A stretch of 64,000 nt of DNA from an uncultured delta proteobacterium (GCA_963711565.1 CAVQEQ010000004.1:1536001-1600000), one strand, 5' to 3'. Shown: positions 26,575-35,918, counted from the first letter of the stretch. Notes: generated from the letters alone by a model not told the origin. Numbers and translations are program-made.

Positions 26575-26776
26575 CCTCAACGTCGGTCGCAGATTGATCG
26601 GCGACTGCGAGTGGAGTGTCGGCGACGACGCGGCCGTAAACCGCGAGCGTGCCGGTGCCTATCGCAAGCATCGCGTCGGTGGAGACGTGGCCGGTGGTGA
26701 AAATTATTGAGAGGCCGGTGAGGATCGAGCCGAGCCCGCCCCAGAAACCTTTGCTCTTCCAGAATGCTTTTTTCAC
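26516..26776 (-). CDS. Putative holin
   Basis: K.FWKSK.FWG..two TM segments..A.YGR..A pattern with a charged C-tail; next to the lysin. Confidence 0.7.
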   Translation of the reverse strand: MKKAFWKSKGFWGGLGSILTGLSIIFTTGHVSTDAMLAIGTGTLAVYGRVVADTPLAVADQSATDVEDAKSDVQKDKTPVDADRGD

Positions 26777-26821
26777 AATCTACGCGTTCTCCGTGCGCGG
26801 GCGTGGATACCAACGAAGCCG

Positions 26822-27337
26822 TTACGCATAGGCGCGATTCAGCCATCCCTTGATGAAGTCGACGCCGCCGTTCTGATTCGCGGCGAGCATCCGGTAATAG
26901 CCGGCGGCCTCCGAGCGCATCGCGGACATCAGCGCGGCCGGCTCGGCGCGGCCGGATGCGAGCACGGTCGCGGAGCCGAGGACGCCGTCTTCGGTCACCG
27001 GCGATCCGCACGCGCGCAGTGCGCGCTGAAGGCATTCGATCGCGTGTGCGGCGCCGATATTGACACTGAGGTCGAAGGTCTTGGCGGCGATTGCGGCGGG
27101 CAGTTGGGCGAAGCCGAACGGCAGCCACCATTCGCGCCAGTAGATGCTCACCGCGGCGTCGCGCGTGAGCGTCGCGATGTTGACGCCCGGATGCGCGCGC
27201 GCGGAAATTCCGAACTTGGTCGCGCCGCCGGGGTCGCCGGGATCGGACGAGTAGCCGCCCTCCTCGGCGAGGACGCGTTCGACGGCGGCTAGAAATTCCG
27301 GGCTGTATGCGTCACACGCGCTGTTTGATTGGTCCAC
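26822..27337 (-). CDS. GH108 lysozyme (endolysin) with peptidoglycan-binding C-domain
   Basis: EGGY..DP.DPGG.TKFGI, FD..VN.G, DG.LG..T, F.KGWLNR. Confidence 0.9.
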   Translation of the reverse strand: MDQSNSACDAYSPEFLAAVERVLAEEGGYSSDPGDPGGATKFGISARAHPGVNIATLTRDAAVSIYWREWWLPFGFAQLPAAIAAKTFDLSVNIGAAHAIECLQRALRACGSPVTEDGVLGSATVLASGRAEPAALMSAMRSEAAGYYRMLAANQNGGVDFIKGWLNRAYA

Positions 27338-27812
27338 GTTTCAATCGCTCGGCGATCGGCGCGGACGTTGGCGGAAACTCGGCCGCGGGCAGATCGGAGG
27401 AGCGGTTCAGGGCGAGCACCTTGTAGACGTAGCGCTCGGTGCATCGGAGCTGGCGTGCGATGCGCGAAACGCTGACGTTGTCGGCGCGCATCGCGAGGAT
27501 TCGCACGCGGCGGCGCGCATGGTCGGTCGTGACGGGAATCAGCAGGCGGTCGCTGCCGAAGACACGCGCCATCGCGAGCGCCGCGAGTAGTCCGATCGAG
27601 CGCGCGATCTGATCGCCGGGCGCGGGCGCAATCGGGACATAGAGGCGGCGTCCGCCGAAGTCGGCGATCAGTTTGTCGGCGGCGTCGGCGCCGATCGAGC
27701 GAACGATCAGATCGTAAAGCGTGGTGCGCTCGGCGTCCGCAAACGGAGCGAAGCGCGGCGCATCCGGCATAACGCGATCGAGCGCGGGCATCCGGCCGGC
27801 GATCGCGTTCAT
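27312..27812 (-). CDS. Mor/C-family transcription activator
   Basis: Twice IG...A..L...FG..RL.(V/I)P, then HTH SVSRIARQLRCTERYVYKVL. Confidence 0.8.
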   Translation of the reverse strand: MNAIAGRMPALDRVMPDAPRFAPFADAERTTLYDLIVRSIGADAADKLIADFGGRRLYVPIAPAPGDQIARSIGLLAALAMARVFGSDRLLIPVTTDHARRRVRILAMRADNVSVSRIARQLRCTERYVYKVLALNRSSDLPAAEFPPTSAPIAERLKRGPIKQRV

Positions 27813-28030
27813 AAGCCGTACGCGGCGCGCAGATTCGAAGGGATCGAGCCGATGCGGCGATCACGGTCGTAAACGAGGCGCCAACTGATCTCGACGCTGT
27901 CATGGGCGCAGCTTTGACAGAGGCCGTGGTTGCGCGTCGCGTCGTGGGTAGTGGTGGCTTCGTGACACCAGAGGCAAGCAACGAGGCGGCTAGCGGCGGC
28001 GGTACGAATCGGAGAGGTCGCGGGTTCCAT
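27809..28030 (-). CDS. 73-aa zinc-finger protein coupled to the mor-like gene
   Basis: GGAGG RBS, ATG 28030; CLWC..CQSC; ATGA stop/start overlap with mor. Confidence 0.65.
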   Translation of the reverse strand: MEPATSPIRTAAASRLVACLWCHEATTTHDATRNHGLCQSCAHDSVEISWRLVYDRDRRIGSIPSNLRAAYGL

Positions 28031-28325
28031 AAATCCTCCGCGCGAGTTGGGCGGGTGTAGAACAATATGACGGCAAAGAAAACAAGCGGGATTGATCGGG
28101 CAGGACGGTCGAGCCGGGGAAAAATGTCGTCGAAGCAGCGGGCGCGAGGTCACGAACTAAGGTAAAGATGTGTAGTCGGTGAGATCGAGCGGCGGTGAGG
28201 ATCGAGGGAGACGCGGGGATGGGCGTGGCGCGGTAACGGCGAGGGAGCAAATGCGCTCGCGTGGGCGGGGGATTCGGCTTGAGTTGGGAATGGTTTGCTT
28301 GAGGCGGGATCATGCGCTTTAAGAA

Positions 28326-28368
28326 CCTTATTTCACATAAGGAGATTTATGTCAACCACTATAGTTGA
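28326..28368. promoter_or_regulatory. Two dyads over the repressor RBS/start (candidate operators or SD-sequestering hairpin)
   Basis: CCTTAT-ttcac-ATAAGG (28326-28342) and TCAAC-cactata-GTTGA (28352-28368) in an AT-rich patch. Confidence 0.4.
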
Positions 28369-29011
28369 TGCAGCATTTCGCGCCCGGCTGACGCAGGTGA
28401 TTCATTCGTTCGGCACGGTGGTCTCGCTGGCGACGGCGGTCGGGGTATCGGACAACGCGATCTACAAGTGGCTAGCGGGGCGGGGGCAACCCAGCGTGGC
28501 GAATCTGGTGGCGCTGGCGCGCGCGGGGCGGGTGTCGGTCGAATGGCTGGCGACCGGGACGGAGCCGGCGCAGGGCGCGACAGCGTCGCGGCACGCAGTC
28601 GAGCACGGCGACTACATCTTCATGCCGCGCAACCGGATTCGATTCTCGAGTGGGCGCGAGGGGATACTGCGCAGCGAGCAGGTGGTGGATTCGATCGCGT
28701 TTCGCGCGGAATGGGTCAAGCGGACGCTGCGCACGGAAACGCGCGACTTGATCCTGATCGAGGTGGTGGGAGATTCGATGGCGCCGACAGTCGAGGACGG
28801 GGACTTGATCCTCGCCAATCTGGCGGAGCCGCGCTTTCGTCAGGACGGCATCTACCTGCTGCGGCATGACAGCGGGCTGACGGTGAAGCGAATCCAGCGG
28901 CGTCCCGACGGCAAGCTGCTGGTGCGCAGCGACAATCCGAAATACGAATCGATGGTGGTGGCCAGCGTCAGTATCATCGGGCGCGTGATCTGGATCGGCG
29001 GATGCGTGTGA
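28349..29011 (+). CDS. CI/LexA-like repressor (XRE HTH plus S24 peptidase)
   Basis: HTH LATAVGVSDNAIYKWLAG..VSVEWLATG; S24 GDSM.P (Ser) and VKR (Lys); AAGGAG RBS; divergent from mor. Confidence 0.9.
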   Translation: MSTTIVDAAFRARLTQVIHSFGTVVSLATAVGVSDNAIYKWLAGRGQPSVANLVALARAGRVSVEWLATGTEPAQGATASRHAVEHGDYIFMPRNRIRFSSGREGILRSEQVVDSIAFRAEWVKRTLRTETRDLILIEVVGDSMAPTVEDGDLILANLAEPRFRQDGIYLLRHDSGLTVKRIQRRPDGKLLVRSDNPKYESMVVASVSIIGRVIWIGGCV

Positions 29012-29017
29012 GGCGGC

Positions 29018-29434
29018 TCAAGAAGGTTTCGCGTCCGCGGTGACGCCGAATTGAGTAATGAAGAGCGCGCAGGCGATCATCGCGAGTCCCTTGAGGAACA
29101 TCGAGACGTTGACGGTGCGCATGATGGGGTCGGGCAGCATGATCATCGCGGTGCCGTGCACGACGATGGTGACGGGGACGAGAAAGATCACGATGAGCCA
29201 GCCGCCGAGGCGCGGACGGTAGTTGAAGAGAATCATCGCGGCGCCGAGGAGCTCGACGACGGCGGAGATGGTCACCCAGAATGCGCGGAACGGAATCGCG
29301 GCGGGCATCAGATCAATGTAACTCTTCATCGCGGTGAAGTGGGTGATGCCGGAGAGGAAGAAAATCAGGGTGAACAGGATGCGGGCGATGAGGCCGATGG
29401 CGGGACTGGTGATCCTGAGATCGTCGGTGTCCAT
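29018..29434 (-). CDS. DoxX-family membrane protein
   Basis: IARILF..IF..SG..H, EL.G, FLVPVT..H; four TM segments. Confidence 0.8.
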   Translation of the reverse strand: MDTDDLRITSPAIGLIARILFTLIFFLSGITHFTAMKSYIDLMPAAIPFRAFWVTISAVVELLGAAMILFNYRPRLGGWLIVIFLVPVTIVVHGTAMIMLPDPIMRTVNVSMFLKGLAMIACALFITQFGVTADAKPS

Positions 29435-29511
29435 ATTGGTTCCGCGAAGATAGTGGATCGAGGAGTCGAATAGAAGAGTTTTTCTCTCTTTTTCAGTATT
29501 ATGCTGCGGGC

Positions 29512-31089
29512 GTGGCATCGCGAAATAAAGATAACGACATTGTGCGGGCTGACCTGGCCGAGGTGATCGAGCGGCATGAGGTCGGGCTCGACGCGGCGCG
29601 TCCGGACGCCGTCGCGCGGCGGCGCAAGACGGGGCAGCGGACGGCGCGCGAAAATATCGAGGAGCTGTGCGACGCGGGGACGTTCGTCGAGTACGGGCCG
29701 ATTGTCGTCGCGGCACAGCGGCGGCGTCGCACGATTGAGGATCTGATCAAGAACACGCCGGCCGACGGACTGGTCACCGGGCTCGCGACCGTCAATGGGA
29801 ATCTGTTCGGCGCCGAGCGGTCGCGCTGCGTCGTGATGTCGTATGACTACACGGTGCTGGCCGGCACGCAGGGCCATCAGAACCATCGCAAGAAAGACCG
29901 CATGTTCCAGCTTGCGCGCGAGCTGCGACTGCCGCTGGTGCTGTTCGCGGAAGGCGGCGGCGGGCGTCCGGGCGATACCGACGGCGGCTTTCACAATTCG
30001 CGATCGTTTCATGATTTTCCGAAGCTGAGCGGGCTGGTGCCGCTGGTCGGGATCACGTCGGGGCGATGCTTCGCGGGCAATGCGTCGTTGCTGGGATGTT
30101 GCAACGTCGTGATCGCGACGCGCCGATCGAATATCGGGATGGGCGGGCCGGCGATGATCGAAGGCGGCGGGCTCGGAATCTTTCGGCCCGAGGAAATCGG
30201 GCCGATGGAGGTGCAGGTGCGCAACGGCGTCGTCGATATCGCGGTCGAGGACGAGGCCGAAGCCGTGGCGGTCGCGCGCAAATATCTTTCATACTTCCAG
30301 GGCCCAGTAAGCGAATGGACGTGCGCGGACCAGCGTATCCTGCGCAATATCATTCCCGAGAATCGGCTGCGCGTGTACGACGTGCGCGACGTGATCGAGA
30401 CGATGGCGGATACTGGGTCGGTGCTCGAGATTCGGCGCGACTTCGGGCTGACGATGATAGCCGCGTTCATCCGGATCGAGGGACATCCGTTTGGAGTAGT
30501 GGCGAACAACCCCAAGCATCTGGCGGGCGCGATCGACAGCGACGGCGCCGACAAGGGCGCGCGGTTTATCCAGTTGTGCGACGCGTTCGATGTTCCGATT
30601 TTATTTTTGTGCGACACTCCTGGAATCATGGTCGGCCCGGAGATCGAGAAAACGGCGCTGGTGCGGCATTCGTCGCGGATGTTTCTGACGGCGGCGAATG
30701 CGACCGTGCCGTTTTTCACGATCGTGCTGCGCAAGGCGTACGGACTCGGCGGTATCGCGATGGCCGGCGGGAGTTACGATGCGCCGCTGTTCACGGTGGC
30801 GTGGCCGACGGGCGAGTTCGGGCCGATGGGGCTCGAGGGCGCGGTGAAGCTGGGCTATCGCAACGAGCTGGCGGCGATTGCGGAGCCGACGGCGCGCAAG
30901 AAGCGGTTCGACGAAATGGTCGCGACGATGTATCAGCGCGGGAAGGCGATCAACAACGCGTCGCATTTCGGAGTTGATGATGTGATCGACCCGGCTGATT
31001 CGCGGAGATGGATTGCGGCAGGATTGAGATCGAGTGCGCCGGCGGAGCCACGCGTCGGGAAGAAATATCCATATATCGACAGCTGGTGA
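29512..31089 (+). CDS. Acyl-CoA carboxylase carboxyltransferase subunit
   Basis: TAREN, PADGLVTG, DYTVLAGTQG, EGGGGRPGD, GMGGP, DTPG.MVGP, RKAYG. Confidence 0.9.
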   Translation: MASRNKDNDIVRADLAEVIERHEVGLDAARPDAVARRRKTGQRTARENIEELCDAGTFVEYGPIVVAAQRRRRTIEDLIKNTPADGLVTGLATVNGNLFGAERSRCVVMSYDYTVLAGTQGHQNHRKKDRMFQLARELRLPLVLFAEGGGGRPGDTDGGFHNSRSFHDFPKLSGLVPLVGITSGRCFAGNASLLGCCNVVIATRRSNIGMGGPAMIEGGGLGIFRPEEIGPMEVQVRNGVVDIAVEDEAEAVAVARKYLSYFQGPVSEWTCADQRILRNIIPENRLRVYDVRDVIETMADTGSVLEIRRDFGLTMIAAFIRIEGHPFGVVANNPKHLAGAIDSDGADKGARFIQLCDAFDVPILFLCDTPGIMVGPEIEKTALVRHSSRMFLTAANATVPFFTIVLRKAYGLGGIAMAGGSYDAPLFTVAWPTGEFGPMGLEGAVKLGYRNELAAIAEPTARKKRFDEMVATMYQRGKAINNASHFGVDDVIDPADSRRWIAAGLRSSAPAEPRVGKKYPYIDSW

Positions 31090-31090
31090 G

Positions 31091-31222
31091 TGAGAGATAA
31101 TCGCCTGCGCGGCGCTGGGAAGATGCGGGGCTCCTCGCCCCGCGCCCTCGGCAGGGGTGACCCCTGCACTCAGTGTGAAGAGCAAAGTTGCGCGCGGCGC
31201 GCTACTTTGCTCTCAAGGGGTG
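31091..31222 (+). repeat. Repeat family A, long form
   Basis: Near-identical inverted copy of 16604-16731; starts 2 bp after the stop codon. Confidence 0.88.
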
Positions 31223-31271
31223 ACTAACCCATTCACAAATTTGATAAGGGCGACACCCGAAGCTTTTTGTC

Positions 31272-31467
31272 AGATTCCCCCTTTCCAGAATGGAAAGGGG
31301 GAATCGGAAATATTCGCAAGAGCCTTTTCGGCTTGAGAAGAGTCGCGGAGTCGGGGGTTTGTGCTGGGAATGGTGAGTGAGGTATTCGATTCAAGAAGGG
31401 TGATGCGGAATCGTGAATCGCGCTCGGAACCTCACCCCTGACCCCTCTCCCTTCAGGAGAGGGGAAC
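31272..31467. repeat. Family-B-type hairpins (31272-31304 and 31426-31467)
   Basis: gattccccctttcc-agaat-ggaaagggggaatc; ggaacctcacccctgacccctctcccttcaggagaggggaac. Confidence 0.7.
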
Positions 31468-31709
31468 AAAGGACGCGCGACGAACAGGGGCTCTCACCCT
31501 TCGATCCTCACCCTGAAGGTGGAGGTGAAGACAGGAGAGGACCGATGCTATTGATTGTGCTTAGACGAGTCGGGGTCAGTGCGAGGTCGCGCGTTGTACC
31601 TCTCCCGCCGTGCTCCTTCGGCGCACGGCGACCTCCCCTCGGACAAGGGGAGGTTAGATTGGAAAGGCGGCGCTCTACGCTCATGAAGTGAGTTTCCAGG
31701 AGAGATGCT

Positions 31710-32495
31710 GTGATCAAATCTTCCGAGGAAGTTGTAAACGTTGCGGGGGAGCGGCTTGCTCTTGTGAAGGGTGGGTCGGGGAAGCCGCTCCTCATTTTTC
31801 ATGACGAGCTTGGGTATCCCGGGTGGATGACGTGGAATGAGACGCTGGCGCATGAGAGGACTCTGTACATCCCGCTCCAGCCGGGGTTTGGGAAGACGCC
31901 GAAGCTCGAATGGGTGCGGACTTATCGGGATTTGGCGGGGTTCTATTCGCAGGCGGTCAGGGAGTTGAAGCTCGATCCGGTCGATGTAATCGGGTATTCG
32001 GCGGGCGGGTTTATCGCGGCTGAGATGGTTGCGGCTGATCCGAAGATCTTCTCGAAGATGATCCTCGTGGCGCCGATGGGGATTAAGCCCGCCGAGGGCG
32101 AGATCATGGATATTTTTCCGATTACTATGCGGACGCATTTGCGGGCGACCGTCGCCGATCCGCATGGTACACCGGAGTTTCTCAAATTGTATGGCGGGGA
32201 GATGACGCCCGAGCAATTCGAGGCGTTCGAGGATGCGCGGGCGGAGTCGGCGCGGATCGGATGGGAGCCTTACATGCACAACCCTGCCCTGCCCTACCTG
32301 CTGCGCGGGACCATGACGCCGACGCTGCTAGTGTGGGGCACGCGCGATCGCGTCGTGCCGCGCGGATGTATCGACGAATACAAGAAGGCGATACCGGGGG
32401 CGAAGGTCGCTGCGATTGAGAATGTAGGACATCGGCCGGAAATTGAGAACTCAACTGAGTTTGTGAAGATAGTCAGTCGATTTCTCAGTGAGTAG
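31710..32495 (+). CDS. Alpha/beta hydrolase
   Basis: GYSAGG nucleophile elbow, PTLLVWG..D.VVP, GH.P. Confidence 0.87.
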   Translation: MIKSSEEVVNVAGERLALVKGGSGKPLLIFHDELGYPGWMTWNETLAHERTLYIPLQPGFGKTPKLEWVRTYRDLAGFYSQAVRELKLDPVDVIGYSAGGFIAAEMVAADPKIFSKMILVAPMGIKPAEGEIMDIFPITMRTHLRATVADPHGTPEFLKLYGGEMTPEQFEAFEDARAESARIGWEPYMHNPALPYLLRGTMTPTLLVWGTRDRVVPRGCIDEYKKAIPGAKVAAIENVGHRPEIENSTEFVKIVSRFLSE

Positions 32496-32509
32496 TCAGT
32501 CGCAGAATA

Positions 32510-32622
32510 GGAACCTAACCCCTAACCCCTTCCCGAGCGGGAAGGGGAACCGGACCCGGAGAGGAATCGTGGGTGAGCCGGGCAACCTAACCCCTAACCC
32601 CTTCCCGAGCGGGAAGGGGAAC
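32510..32622 (+). repeat. Two family B repeats
   Basis: aacctaacccctaaccccttcccgagcgggaaggggaac, twice. Confidence 0.88.
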
Positions 32623-32646
32623 AAGAGAGACGGATAGGGAGTCATC

Positions 32647-33969
32647 ATGCAAGTTGGATATTTTACTGAGCGGCCGGTGCGGTGGATTCCTGAAGAAGTG
32701 ATACTGCGCAACGGGGGGCATTTCGCAGTGTCGAATAGCTACTTCGATCGCGAGCGCGCGGCGGAAGATTACAATTACTATATCGACGAGAACCTGTACG
32801 CGGAGGAACTGGGGTTCGATATCGTCGCGTTGAATGAGCATCACGGGAACCCCTTCTGCATGGGCAGCGTGATGAACGTCGAAGCGGGAATCCTGGCGCG
32901 GCTGACCAAGAAGGCGCGGATTCTGTTGATTGGGAATCCATTGCCCGTGATTAAGCATCCGCTGCGCATGGCGGAGGAGCTGGCGGAGATCGATCTGATC
33001 TCGCGCGGGCGGTTGATCTCGGGATGGGTGCGCGGCGCGGGCAGCGAGCAATTCTTTAACAACGCGAATCCTTCGTACAACCGCGAATATTTCGAGGAGG
33101 CGCACGATTTTATCGTGCAGGCGTGGACGCGGCCGGGTCCGTGGCGCTACGAGGGCAAGCATTTCCATTACCGGCACGTGAATCCGTGGGCGCTGCCGTA
33201 TCAGAAACCGCATCCGCCGATGTGGATTCCGGGAACGCTCAGCCCGGAGACGGTGCGATGGTGCGCGGAGAAGGCGTATCCGTATTTTGGATTGGGCACG
33301 TCGCTCGGGCCGACCTGCGACTTGTGGGATTACTACGCTGACGAAGCCGCCAAGCATGGATACGAAGCGGGTTCGGAGAATTTCGGTTACGTGCTGCCGA
33401 CGTTCGTCGCGGAGACCGAGGACAGGGCGCAGGAGCTGGGCAAGAATTTTCTGTTCGGCGGGGGCCAGAACTCGTTCGCCCGCGTCGAGCATACGCTGCC
33501 GCCGGGATACAACTCAAAGGAGGCGATTCGGAAACTCGCGAAACAGCCGCAAGGAAGCTGGCTCGGTATAAGCGGCGACAAAATGCGCGGGCAATCGGAG
33601 GACGTGGAAATCGATCCCGCGGCGATCAGGGCGAAGCTGATTCCTGGGTACCAGAAGGCGCAGAAGGCGATACAACTCGTGATCGGCACGCCGAAGTCAG
33701 TGATCCCGAAGCTGCAGGCAATCCTGACGGTGCTGCGGCCGGGGTCGCTGGTGATATTCAGCGTGCAAGGACCGGTCGCAAACAAGGATCGGCAGACGAG
33801 CATGCGGCTGATCGCACAGGAAATAATTCCTGCGCTGAAAGAGCATGCGAAGTCGATCGGCCTGCTCGACGCGTTCGAGCGCACGCCGGGATCGATCAAG
33901 CTGACGGCGGGAACCTCGCGAGGGCCGGTGTCGGATCGCGGGCCGCTGAAAGAATTGGGGTTGGCGTAG
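32647..33969 (+). CDS. LLM-class (luciferase-like) flavin-dependent oxidoreductase
   Basis: AEELGFD..NEHH, HPLRMAEE.A.ID.ISRGR, PYQKPHPPMW. Confidence 0.9.
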   Translation: MQVGYFTERPVRWIPEEVILRNGGHFAVSNSYFDRERAAEDYNYYIDENLYAEELGFDIVALNEHHGNPFCMGSVMNVEAGILARLTKKARILLIGNPLPVIKHPLRMAEELAEIDLISRGRLISGWVRGAGSEQFFNNANPSYNREYFEEAHDFIVQAWTRPGPWRYEGKHFHYRHVNPWALPYQKPHPPMWIPGTLSPETVRWCAEKAYPYFGLGTSLGPTCDLWDYYADEAAKHGYEAGSENFGYVLPTFVAETEDRAQELGKNFLFGGGQNSFARVEHTLPPGYNSKEAIRKLAKQPQGSWLGISGDKMRGQSEDVEIDPAAIRAKLIPGYQKAQKAIQLVIGTPKSVIPKLQAILTVLRPGSLVIFSVQGPVANKDRQTSMRLIAQEIIPALKEHAKSIGLLDAFERTPGSIKLTAGTSRGPVSDRGPLKELGLA

Positions 33970-33979
33970 CCGTTCGAAC

Positions 33980-34318
33980 ATGAAGAAGGTGCTGATGGTT
34001 TGTACCGGCAACAAGGATCGCAGTCCGACGGCGGCGATGGTGCTGGCGGAGATGTGCGCGCCGATGTGGGTTACGTCGGCGGGGACGGAGCCGTGGGCCA
34101 AGAACCAGGTGACGATCGAGCTGGTCGAGGAAGCGGACGTGATCTGCGTGATGGAAGAAGCGCATCGCCGTCATATTCGCGAGCGCTTCGGCGAGGCGCA
34201 CGCGGAGAAGGTCGTCGTGCTCGACGTTCCCGATAATTATGTATGCTGGGAAGATAAACTCATTCAGCTGTTGAAGGGAAAGTTGCGCGCCGCGTTAGGG
34301 CTCACCAAAGGAACTTGA
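33980..34318 (+). CDS. Low-molecular-weight phosphotyrosine phosphatase-like protein
   Basis: VCTGNKDRSPTA (CX5R), SAGT, AD.I.VME..H. Confidence 0.85.
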   Translation: MKKVLMVCTGNKDRSPTAAMVLAEMCAPMWVTSAGTEPWAKNQVTIELVEEADVICVMEEAHRRHIRERFGEAHAEKVVVLDVPDNYVCWEDKLIQLLKGKLRAALGLTKGT

Positions 34319-34323
34319 TCGTA

Positions 34324-34384
34324 TGTGAAACCCGCGGTGGGTTTCACGCTTCCTTCGGCAGGGGTGACCCCTGCACCCAATGTC
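34324..34384 (+). repeat. Repeat family A copy
   Basis: gtgaaacccgcggtgggtttcac-gcttccttcg-gcaggggtgacccctgc-acccaatg. Confidence 0.85.
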
Positions 34385-34795
34385 AGGATCGTAACTGAAA
34401 GTGCTGATTTGTTGTCAAGTGGTCAATGAGGAGCTAACGAAATGCGCTACTTCCTACGCGTTCCTAGACTCGATGTAAGCGCTATCAGAGTGCGGAAACT
34501 CACGGCCGCGCGTGCGGGAAGACAGGATGATTCAGCGACGCACGGGCAAACTGTGCGCATCGCTGGGATTGACAAGTTCGGAAAGATAGCTATTGAGAGT
34601 TAGGCAGAACGATTGTACGCGAAATCAACTGCGGGTTTCGCGCGTCCTTGGGCAGGGGGAGGAAGCACCTGCACCATGGTATTTGGAAAATCGGCACCGC
34701 CGCGCGATGCGGGTTTCGTCCTGTTAGACGGTTTTGACGGGGGGGCGGACGCGAGCCCAAAATCCGGCGGTCCGCATCCCGGAGTGGTGTCGCAT

Positions 34796-35602
34796 CTAGA
34801 ATCCGTACTCGTCGAGGAGGGCCTGTCGTAACCTGGTGAAGTGAATGAGGCCGGCCTGGTACTGGAATTTTTTCTGGGCAGGCAGACTATCGAAATCCAA
34901 AGAATAACGCCGTGCCGTGTCGAGGACGGCCTTTACGGTTGACGGCGATTTGCCGCCTACCTCAGGGAGGGGGATTCTTCGATCCCGCGTTGCGTCGAAC
35001 AGTTTCGCGGCTATGTTGCGCGGATAGACGCCGAGGCTCACGAGCACGTCGGCGGCGAGTTCGCGCGGATAGTTCAGGTGCGCCTCATACCCGGTCTGAC
35101 GTGATAGCTGGACCGTTTCGTTGCGGGTGGAAAAGAGTTCCGCAGTGACGTGATGCCCGACTTCGTGGAGGAACGCCGTTGCGATCGCCGACGGGTGATG
35201 CGCGCCGTTGAGGCAGATGAGCGGGCGCTTCTCCAGACCGGAATCCTTGCCCAGGTAGAAACCGAAGACCGCGAGGCCCGACGGCCATGGCATCCTGGCG
35301 ACCCGAAAATCGGCACCGAGGGCTGATGCACGCTCGGCAAATTCTCTCATCGAACCGAGACGTACGGCGGCGTCGTTGAGACGAGGCCATGCCTTGCGTT
35401 TGGCGGCGCCGACGATCTCGCGCACTTCGGCGCGGCTGAGATTGCCGCGCAGCGCGTGGCCATAGTCGCGGCTCCAGAGACGCGCGATCTCCGCCTGCGA
35501 GGTGGCAAGAGCAGGTTCGCGCTCGCTCGACGCGGTTTCAGCAGTTTTAACGATGTCTGCCGTCAGCCCGACGACACGCGAAATGCGCTTCTTAACGGTC
35601 AT
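34796..35602 (-). CDS. ImmA/IrrE-like zinc metallopeptidase-domain protein
   Basis: G.Y..PLI.LN..H..TAFLHEVGHH..E..AD..SL..P (HExxH plus downstream Glu); TATAAT at 35630-35625 upstream. Confidence 0.6.
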   Translation of the reverse strand: MTVKKRISRVVGLTADIVKTAETASSEREPALATSQAEIARLWSRDYGHALRGNLSRAEVREIVGAAKRKAWPRLNDAAVRLGSMREFAERASALGADFRVARMPWPSGLAVFGFYLGKDSGLEKRPLICLNGAHHPSAIATAFLHEVGHHVTAELFSTRNETVQLSRQTGYEAHLNYPRELAADVLVSLGVYPRNIAAKLFDATRDRRIPLPEVGGKSPSTVKAVLDTARRYSLDFDSLPAQKKFQYQAGLIHFTRLRQALLDEYGF

Positions 35603-35918
35603 CGTTGGTCATCCCCACTGCCAAATTATAACCAAAAGTACTGAATTAATGCTAGATAGGCAACCAGCCGTCAGTTTAGCCTCCTCAGGCTCGAAATTGC
35701 GTTGCGTTCCGGGCGCCGTCCCCTGTAATTAAGCGCCTGTACTACAAATTGACGGATTTTATAATCTAAATGTTTGAGTCATTAACGACTGATCTTAGAG
35801 CATCTCGCGCGCGGCGCGCGCCAACTTCCCGGCGGCATTTGAATCCCACTGCGCCACGTCCGCCGCCGATCCGTGCGGCAGAGATTTTTCGGGAAGCCGC
35901 GTCCCCGCATCACAAGGA

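Noticed and set aside
29012-29520. Mu left end (TG plus transposase-binding repeats) after the repressor
   Set aside because: A DoxX gene ends 7 bp from the repressor stop; no repeated end motifs seen
16604-31222. Near-identical repeats as a diversity-generating retroelement TR/VR pair
   Set aside because: Intergenic, inverted, mismatches not adenine-specific and no reverse transcriptase
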